64,000 nucleotides of DNA from Candidatus Peregrinibacteria bacterium CG10_big_fil_rev_8_21_14_0_10_36_19 (GTDB lineage Bacteria > Patescibacteriota > Gracilibacteria > UBA1369 > LOWO2-01-FULL-3), in assembly GCA_002772535.1 (NCBI GenBank), contig PFDP01000003.1, forward strand, positions 3,962 through 67,961. The letters are read 5' to 3'. Of the stretch, positions 58,701 to 64,000 are shown piece after piece; position 1 is the first letter of the stretch; the number at the start of each line of letters is the position of its first letter. The position numbers and the translations under genes were made by a program. The notes below the pieces were generated by a model, which had not been told where the DNA came from, made no database searches, and saw only the letters and a program-made list of their open reading frames with translations.

Positions 58701-61700
58701 CTATTAAAAGATTTAAACTCTTTCTTTCAAAATGACCCTTATTATTTTCGAATAATGAAACACAAGCTTCCTTAACTTTACAGCTTTCCTTAGTTCCAAT
58801 AACTAAATCATCATATCCATCATTATTTGTATCTATACTTGTAGCGCTCAAAATACCATTTGTAACTTTGAGAACATATCCCATATCCTTGAATTTTTTT
58901 GGCCCAACAACATTCATCAAAAGACGCACATAACCATCTTCATAAAGAAGCAGAACATCATCACGACCATCACCGTTATAGTCGGTAGTGAGCATTTCAC
59001 GAATTTCGTTTTCACCTATAAACAGGGGTTTACCAATATCTTTTGAAAAACCGGAAAGTTTACTCACTAGCCCCACAATACCTTCAACCTTCAAATGAAC
59101 ATTAGGATCACCATAAATAATTGATGCATCAGATGCATATGCCATTACAGACTCTCCTACAGTATTACCAGCGGCAAAATTTAGCATATGTTTATCTTGT
59201 CCTTTAAAGCCAGCCCCCATGTTTTCATCTATTCCAAATGGCTCCATTTCAGTTTGTAGCTCACTTTCTTTATCTATCATTAAAATTCCAAAAGGAGCTT
59301 GATCAGAAATTCCGCTATAACTTTTTTGAGTAACAAAATTCTTTTTGTTCGTTAAAATTTTCACATATACGCCAGGTGCGTATTTGGACTGACTAACATT
59401 CGAGGAAAGCACTTTTACACTTAAAGGCTTGCCATTTTGGTCAACAAATTTCTTCTCACCATTATTTAAAACTACGAATGTTTCAGCCAGCTTTTCTCCA
59501 CTAAAGTTATCTATAAAAATACTTCTATCGTCTTCGGTTTCAACGCTAATGTTATCTCCCAATGTTTCAAACTCTCCATCCGCATCAACCCTAAATAATT
59601 GTTTATGAGACTTATATGCTGTAAAAGCACTCACTGTATTTACAGTGCCGCTATACAAAATACTTTTTGCCATATTTACATTATCAGCACCAAAATTACC
59701 TCCAAGTATAGAGGTATATAGCGCTCTAATATTATAAGATTTCAAATCACTTGCCTGAACAGCCTTAGCAACTTTTAAGCTCAAAACGCCATCTTCCAAA
59801 CCATTTGCTGATGCTATTAAATTAACAATTCCAGACTTATCACCAGCCTTAGCAATTACTGAAGCCACACCATTCAAACTAACCGCCGATTTTGCACCTG
59901 TAAATGAAACTAAGCTCTCAGTTGCATTTGTAGCTGAAAAATTTATCAATACATCATCTCTATCAACTAGGTTTCCATATTGGTCTTCTGTGCTTGCATT
60001 TAAAATTACATTTTTATCTGGACTGATTACTTCATCGGAAGCACTTAGTTTAATCCTCTCAGGCTTCGAAGCAACAATTTTTAGTTTAGTTATTTTTGAG
60101 ACAAACCCAGGAACATTTACTAATACTTCAGCCTCACCTGATGTTGTTGCAACTTGTAGTGACGCAATATTATTTTTACTACCAATAATTTCTGCAAGGT
60201 TTGGGGTTAAAATTTTAAATTCAAAATTCTCTTTGTATTCTTGGTTAATTTTTCCATCAAGAAGCATAGTTGCTGTTAACTTTGGTTTAAAGTTACTGCC
60301 AGCTTCAATTTGCTGTTGATCAAAACTCAAAATTAAATCTGCTTCCTTTGCAATTTTTATTTTTTTGGAAGCTCCCACATATTTTCCAAAGTCTATTTTA
60401 TCTAATTTGTTTTTATTTATTAGGAACTCTTCTTTAAGATCGTAATCCATCAACACAGCTATAATATTTGCTTCACCACTTTCCTTTTTTGAATATAGAT
60501 CAACATTTGCTCTTCCCTCTAGAACATCAATTTGTGTTCCAATAATTTCACCATCCACATCAAAAGTTTCTGGTATTGTTACTTTTTCATTCGCGAATAT
60601 GCCAATTTGGTAATATGAACCTTCTGCTAAATTTCCATATTTATCTTTCAAGTTTATCGTAAGAGTAGTTTTAGATTCACCGTTTGCTAAAAGACCTCCA
60701 GTATTATTTTCAATCTCAATTGCGACAGGTGCACCGGCCAAGAGGTTTATATATTTTTCAGCTAGCGTATAGCCATCTACTTCAGCTCTTAATTTAAAAC
60801 TTCCAGATTTCTTTCCTGCCTTAATTTTCTTTTTAGCAACTCCTTCAATGCTACTGGCCTCATTACCTCCAACTAGTGAAACAAGTCCAGGAGTACTCAT
60901 ATCAACAATGCTAAACTTCACAGTTTTTCCACTTCTATCCAAAGAGCCATTATTTAAAATGTTTGCTTCCACTTCTAAAATAGATTCACCATTTGCAACA
61001 AACTTGCTCACTTCACTCGCAAAATTAATCTCTACTTTTTGTTTTGAATTAGAAGAAGATATTACATTGTTGTAGTTTATTTTTTCTGGAGTTTCATATT
61101 CCTTTCCAGTGATTTCAGCAGCTGCACTACACGCCTCTGCTAAATTTGGCTTTGAAGTAAAATAAGAAATAAAAGCCTGAGTTTCTTTAAAAAAGTCTTT
61201 CAAATTTACAAATTCATACTCCTGAGAATTGGGAGCATAAGCATCTGAATCTTCTACAGAAGGTTGAGAATTTAATTTACTTTCATTTTTTATTGCTTGA
61301 TCAAATGGATCAAAACTTATATCAGTTTCTTCTTTTATGTCTTTGTTAAAATTTAAATTAAATCCATCTTTATCGCCATCAAGATATAAATAGGCAGCTT
61401 CATATCCATATTTAACATTTTCTCCAGCCTGTGCAGGCAACACACTTGCATCACCTACAAAAGCATTTTTGTTAGGGTTTAAGTAGTGACTAAAAACGTA
61501 TTCATGTTTATCGTCTATACTTAAATTTTTCCATTCTAAAGAGTCAGCAATTTTTAATGTTGAAGCTCTATCTAAGTTGAAACCACTTGGTGGGGAATCA
61601 ATGTCATTTATTACTACAGGTTTTAGATAGTCATTTAGTATTTTGTCATGAATTTTTGTACAAGTTACCAGGCTAAAACCGGGAGCTTTTGCATTACTAC

Positions 61701-64000
61701 AGTCCACAGGATCTTTTCCAATTAATTTATAACTCCCATATGCAGCTGCAATTTTCCAAGCAGTCTGATCCAGGTTCGCAATTAACTGTTTATCATTAGA
61801 AACATCAAAAAGATTTGGATAGTTAATTTTAAATAGCTTACCAGGCACTTGATATTTATCTGTATTTATATTTTTCAAAATTGCTTCTACATCTACTTTA
61901 TCTGAAACAGGATTTGCTTCTGGATAATCTGGCATTGGTTTTGATTCCACCTGAAACGCAACATAACGCACACCGTCTACAGGTAAAGCACTAGTGTTAA
62001 TAGATTTAATTTGTTCTGTAATTGTATGCTCTGTTGGCTCATCATGTTTAATAACGCTCGAAAGATTTTTATATATATCTGGCTCAACAATTAAAACTGC
62101 ATCTTTATCAAATTTACTATTTGGCAAAGATGCCGGAAGTATATAAGTTCCAGCTTTAGATAGCATTTTTCTATTTATCTCTTCAGGGTTTGTTAGGGTA
62201 TTTGAATTTGCTTCATCAAAGTCATACCACCTTGTTTCAAAAACCCCATCTTTTCCAAGCTTTCCATCTGCATCATAAAGATCTCGCCATTCAAAATCTG
62301 TAATTCCATCGTTATCATTATCTATTCCATCAAAAAGCCCATAATTATCAGAAAAGTCTTTAAGAGTTAAAAGTTTTTCACCAGATCTACTAATGACAAT
62401 GTTTGCTGGATCGGATTTAGCATTTGAAAGAAGAAACTCATCTTGCATATCAGACTCTGGATATTTACCACTTCCCGAAATAAAAGCAGTAATTCTATCC
62501 AAAAATCTTCCATAAAAATCAACATCTATTGATTGTTTTTGTTCTAAATTATTTCCATCTAAAGTTCCATCTAAAACAGAGAGTGAATAATTACTATCTT
62601 TGCTTAAATCTGAAACCCCCATCAAACCTTCAAAGCAGGAATTTAAATAATATTCATCTACATCACCATTTATTTTTGAAACTACCGAACCAGCCGGATC
62701 CAATACGGGCATTCTTGCAACTTCCTCAAAACATCTCGCAGGATATTTTTCACTAGAATTTTGATTACAACCAGCAGATTGGTCATAGCCCTTATATCCA
62801 TATCCACCAAGCCTACTATTATAAAGCTCAAAAACAACACCGTTTGAGCTGCCAATCATTTTACTATTTTCACCTCCTGTATAGTAATCCTTCAAAAGGT
62901 ATCCACCAGAGGCAACCATAAAACTCAATGTGGTATTTTTTTTCGATGTCCCTCTATAATATTCAAAACTCAAATTGGAAGTTTTAAATTGTATTTTATT
63001 AGAAACCAAAGAACTGTCTGATCTCACATCGCTAACCTCAGAATTGATAATGTTTTCTACAGAGTTAGATGAGTTTACCTGTTTGCCATTAATACTAACA
63101 ATCACATCACCCTTTTTCATAAAATCTACTAAAGGATTTTTATATTTATCGTATAGGTAGTAAGGGTTATCAATAAAAGCAGAGATTCCATACTTAGGAT
63201 TATCTTCTATTACAGCACCAAAACTACTTTGACTCTTTGTTAGCTTCAAAGCTTCCTCAGGAGACAAAATCCTAGTATTTACACCAATACTATATTTTGG
63301 AAAAGCAGTACTATTATCAGAAACTCTTGAAGACTTAGTGAGTTTAGTTGTACCCAAATAAAGCCCACATTGTTTCACATTTTCCAGAGTATCTGCCTGA
63401 ATTCCCTTTACATAAAACCTATTATTTTCTTCATCCAGATAATTAAATCTCATAACTAAATCAACCACACTTCCTTGGTACTCCACTTTAAAGCTCTCCT
63501 TTTGGCCGCTTTTATCAGCAAAATACCCTCCGAGCTTAGCACTCCTCAAAAGCGGCACAGGCTCAGAAATAATTTCCGCAATTTGATTGATCTGATTCTC
63601 CAAAGCAGAATTAACATTTTTTAAATACTGCTTAGTAAACTCATCTTTCATACTAATCAGCGAAACAGGAGTATCAACTTCACTTAAATCATATCTCCCA
63701 GTGTTATAAGTTAAATCGTTTACTTGTGAGAGGTAATAGCTAAATAATTGAAAATAAGGAATTAGGTATTGGTCTATAATCTGTTTTGTTTGAATGTCAG
63801 GCAAAGTTCCAAAATCACCTTTCTTCAAGTTTTCCAAATATTTAACAGCCTCAGGATTCTCTTTATTTATTGGTAAATTATCCAAAATTTTTCCACTTAC
63901 TTTTTGAGCCCACTCTTTTCCATAACGCATATACGCTAGATCCTCCATGTACTTAATAGAATCTACATAATACTTATAAGCATCTTCATTTAGGTTCGAT
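52783..64000 (-). CDS. Giant multidomain cell-surface protein (at least 3721 aa; frame still open at the right window edge)
   Basis: Single uninterrupted ORF. The first in-window ATG is at 63948, but the 17 codons upstream to nt 64000 contain no stop, so the N-terminus probably lies outside the window. It contains PDZ-like, Ca-binding DxDxDG, Ig-like, FG-GAP, DUF11-like and SLH-like segments (see the domain features). Confidence 0.85.
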   Translation of the reverse strand, partial: SNLNEDAYKYYVDSIKYMEDLAYMRYGKEWAQKVSGKILDNLPINKENPEAVKYLENLKKGDFGTLPDIQTKQIIDQYLIPYFQLFSYYLSQVNDLTYNTGRYDLSEVDTPVSLISMKDEFTKQYLKNVNSALENQINQIAEIISEPVPLLRSAKLGGYFADKSGQKESFKVEYQGSVVDLVMRFNYLDEENNRFYVKGIQADTLENVKQCGLYLGTTKLTKSSRVSDNSTAFPKYSIGVNTRILSPEEALKLTKSQSSFGAVIEDNPKYGISAFIDNPYYLYDKYKNPLVDFMKKGDVIVSINGKQVNSSNSVENIINSEVSDVRSDSSLVSNKIQFKTSNLSFEYYRGTSKKNTTLSFMVASGGYLLKDYYTGGENSKMIGSSNGVVFELYNSRLGGYGYKGYDQSAGCNQNSSEKYPARCFEEVARMPVLDPAGSVVSKINGDVDEYYLNSCFEGLMGVSDLSKDSNYSLSVLDGTLDGNNLEQKQSIDVDFYGRFLDRITAFISGSGKYPESDMQDEFLLSNAKSDPANIVISRSGEKLLTLKDFSDNYGLFDGIDNDNDGITDFEWRDLYDADGKLGKDGVFETRWYDFDEANSNTLTNPEEINRKMLSKAGTYILPASLPNSKFDKDAVLIVEPDIYKNLSSVIKHDEPTEHTITEQIKSINTSALPVDGVRYVAFQVESKPMPDYPEANPVSDKVDVEAILKNINTDKYQVPGKLFKINYPNLFDVSNDKQLIANLDQTAWKIAAAYGSYKLIGKDPVDCSNAKAPGFSLVTCTKIHDKILNDYLKPVVINDIDSPPSGFNLDRASTLKIADSLEWKNLSIDDKHEYVFSHYLNPNKNAFVGDASVLPAQAGENVKYGYEAAYLYLDGDKDGFNLNFNKDIKEETDISFDPFDQAIKNESKLNSQPSVEDSDAYAPNSQEYEFVNLKDFFKETQAFISYFTSKPNLAEACSAAAEITGKEYETPEKINYNNVISSSNSKQKVEINFASEVSKFVANGESILEVEANILNNGSLDRSGKTVKFSIVDMSTPGLVSLVGGNEASSIEGVAKKKIKAGKKSGSFKLRAEVDGYTLAEKYINLLAGAPVAIEIENNTGGLLANGESKTTLTINLKDKYGNLAEGSYYQIGIFANEKVTIPETFDVDGEIIGTQIDVLEGRANVDLYSKKESGEANIIAVLMDYDLKEEFLINKNKLDKIDFGKYVGASKKIKIAKEADLILSFDQQQIEAGSNFKPKLTATMLLDGKINQEYKENFEFKILTPNLAEIIGSKNNIASLQVATTSGEAEVLVNVPGFVSKITKLKIVASKPERIKLSASDEVISPDKNVILNASTEDQYGNLVDRDDVLINFSATNATESLVSFTGAKSAVSLNGVASVIAKAGDKSGIVNLIASANGLEDGVLSLKVAKAVQASDLKSYNIRALYTSILGGNFGADNVNMAKSILYSGTVNTVSAFTAYKSHKQLFRVDADGEFETLGDNISVETEDDRSIFIDNFSGEKLAETFVVLNNGEKKFVDQNGKPLSVKVLSSNVSQSKYAPGVYVKILTNKKNFVTQKSYSGISDQAPFGILMIDKESELQTEMEPFGIDENMGAGFKGQDKHMLNFAAGNTVGESVMAYASDASIIYGDPNVHLKVEGIVGLVSKLSGFSKDIGKPLFIGENEIREMLTTDYNGDGRDDVLLLYEDGYVRLLMNVVGPKKFKDMGYVLKVTNGILSATSIDTNNDGYDDLVIGTKESCKVKEACVSLFENNKGHFERKSLNLLIEGKVFEMKAADMNNNGCQDLVVSDSAGNLRVFYNKEDGKKCSGLNTSFGDNNNWNFGYLLNTKINLRDNLYLSYAGQDNKPKNYLDIALNAVDDPVRFIYASEVPFYSGLNKTALDVNGGSVSLGDEIDYIITINSKSKLDNLMISDLTPTTMQIVPGSLQCLDAGCSDKLQFSQTDYSLRSVIIKGASVPANGKRTIKYKMKVTEIPQVSFDLAKNFKSTDKDDYYDIRVRPGINPDGILTYLYSTGLNKKGQVIFKMEEVTSDGKSLSDLYSAEAKKQGVPDPTKDPQSAISKWQNSGNEDSDFDGCVDSIDKTDNSLSNVAESISSGIQNLTSTFRCSGGGCLPIPFNDALFAPDVDNPNGIATLAFGTPNPPYFAPFYSSLAPSTSRLYISPTLTLGLGTAICTGPNSTAGICYAFAIPPKLVGGCPKFLNSIGTALTKAKNVTSNLDVGLSTIVSDGNTSADSKAIKGDSAFTSANSAVSANAKVNVRIPGFPSVITNWLDAQTEEIYNKLLDLPDFYFIYPDLNTLVSKSTKDKNSNQEIKSINDFLKSLNSSPLIQIEGKEVLLKIPAISQGEIQKWQRQADLWITYQEDQIKRLDEILKCKESQYRESMCDLIKVKLGNLVANVKITSGKLDAIGRLPGEILKWRQMEAKYATQLICYMDAATQYTGGYINKQQKTVQSWMKAAEDAVRTFKNWKVLLDISADYQASCDECKNDRFSKLGLLLSVFASLPTDLPVIPLPKWPDIVFDISQIKTGVRVVWPDLVFRPEPVALFDLPTINISPNLPESVDINAGDLEILNAKLDGLPEIPKWIMEFPEISLPNFPDLPALPLPDLPDLPRPPKIPNIGSTTAKVAKNLKPAMQALCLLKKGLVPVPESSLGTEIETLTQPTVQATLPFMKDLGVQMPAIQYDYLKQIRINAKTNMSVETDFIYNAVKNGADTVNKKVDNFVDGLEEYTDFPFQQILDSAFDGIKKEKNDLQSYIDNMDKEVVPDKYYLSATQSFLDKNDPILNRPLSSIKKDIALRNETEKNANSKLRDSLIAYVDNLNTTNGVLKNISDPLEFGKLLVETDESPRKFASNSSPVTGEITERKLSFLGEGIENTIKASSESKLIAANFDSKDFADAASNDVETPRGFFVVVGNENESILNYVDELSEKVNSVFSDVDKDGDTDIVYSMGGNVYLKENYKENKKAKKGDLLIEVKKNTVSDFVAAGGIAVQGVSVPYDNYKKAQISWLSEKDKKYEVVLRNSLLEDFDKAFKVIASTEDSVDLDLENGNYYANVFEISKDGEKSLVSSTVMVAPQICGDKDAPLPTLSTTEYKVPLFGNLEIDASKAIDPTGEVKEYYLDFGGKQYWSDLNLAYDENGDGISWNDKTNPKFKIGPFDKQEYIGKNKATVHVIDQSGNSSSQEISIEIFVPKITLDESFSRSGIASGSINEKIADIPLKLIRNRYIYRVQNGKLSLVPRIEKVRTDKTNNIGEYRISDLDTNDMILVENSLGTVIAEINPLTGNFKITKDGYTSNIRPAQPLKAASYSSIVDSSGLELVKIYLMADINAGVSLVENKNSVSVKSIGKLKWQKFGSDNKLYPGGALLADGKKNLVIVDGSGNLIKLDSTINFRKKSNNHNIAPFVVEVIQGKEILAEVNIVVNKRAEIVGPNDVPVSLPSKIVEEKNISYSSPFIDIKNVNSELQNAAKILSEKGIIEGVPTANGIALQVNDTVDRAQFVKVLLDMLCIVPRKDAYENPSLFNDINDKNLWYYSYIKEAALRGLVNGYKGEVDEKGLTPYKPSNTITRAEAAKIILEALEMQGVLDLGEIQLEAPWYKPYIKISQDLTKYLKANSGVKNNFILTPEEALNPDALITRGDMMMMALRVLDFYDCSENNNENTTDEKVSDDTIDLNGNVSDVVGDKGIYVVPGECNTCPCVSTLSNKAEVTAGDIFFSVISTPDESSIFSKSNDILIGNVK
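53060..53655 (-). other. Three SLH-like (S-layer homology) repeats near the C-terminus of the giant ORF
   Basis: FIDIKNVNSELQNAAKILSEKGIIEGV...VDRAQFVKVLLDML; FNDINDKNLWYYSYIKEAALRGLVNGYKG...ITRAEAAKIILEAL; APWYKPYIKISQDL...ITRGDMMMMALRVL. Confidence 0.55.
58590..59000 (-). other. FG-GAP/VCBS-type repeats within the giant ORF
   Basis: TDYNGDGRDDVLLLYEDGYVRLL, IDTNNDGYDDLVIGT and ADMNNNGCQDLVVSDSAGNLRVFYN are spaced about 50-60 aa apart. A further DVDKDGDTDIVYSMGGNVYL lies at about 55140-55200. Confidence 0.65.
59765..61035 (-). other. Array of bacterial Ig-like (invasin/Big-type) domains within the giant ORF
   Basis: Repeated modules of about 90-100 aa, such as FVANGESILEVEANILNNGSLDRSGKTVKFSIV, LLANGESKTTLTINLKDKYGNLAEG, and VISPDKNVILNASTEDQYGNLVDRDDVLINFSAT...GIVNLIASANG. 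Confidence 0.6.

Noticed and set aside
1-64000. CRISPR arrays, tRNA/rRNA genes, transposases, integrases, reverse transcriptase/DGR, prophage blocks
   Set aside because: I scanned the intergenic regions and ORF translations. I found no repeat-spacer arrays, no cloverleaf-like or rRNA-like sequences, no DDE, tyrosine or serine recombinase motifs, and no YxDD reverse-transcriptase motif. The only mobile-element-like items are the TA pair and the excisionase-type HTH gene, neither of which sits in a recognisable island.

Overview
This is an AT-rich, very gene-dense bacterial chromosome segment. It reads cleanly with the standard genetic code: TAA, TAG and TGA all terminate recognisable proteins. 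Intergenic gaps are short, many start/stop codons overlap by 1-4 nt, and several convergent gene pairs overlap at their 3' ends.

Recognisable content, left to right:
- alaS (partial, runs off the left edge).
- Two single-pass membrane proteins, one DUF4012-like.
- A long minus-strand chain: ftsW-murG-glycosyltransferase-lemA, then lexA-small ORF-dinB-(AbrB/RelE toxin-antitoxin)-YqfO-like-mutS-membrane protein-mutL.
- lspA, aroE, sdaAB/sdaAA and purN.
- A GT2 glycosyltransferase, a sugar nucleotidyltransferase/acetyltransferase and a CDP-alcohol phosphatidyltransferase.
- Two tandem archaeal-type purP genes, then uppP and purH.
- yidD and a LysM-M23 peptidase.
- rpsF-rpsR.
- thrS, recF, a PrsW-like protease and uvrA.

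Two large blocks have no family I can recognise:
- A: a roughly 10-kb plus-strand operon (30959-41046) of six tightly coupled genes. They include a Sec-signal polytopic membrane protein and two large soluble proteins of 1062 and 744 aa.
- B: a minus-strand operon of more than 15 kb (48699-64000). It has a giant ORF of at least 3721 aa, still open at the window edge, with PDZ-like, Ig-like, FG-GAP, DUF11-like and triple SLH-like modules. Four small secreted Cys-tailed helical proteins follow it.

I saw no rRNA, tRNA, CRISPR array, transposase, integrase or reverse transcriptase.

From the compaction, missing domains, archaeal-type enzymes and giant surface protein, I infer a reduced-genome, peptidoglycan-containing bacterium, possibly CPR/Patescibacteria-like. 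That is inference only. All family assignments come from motif recognition by eye, not from searches.
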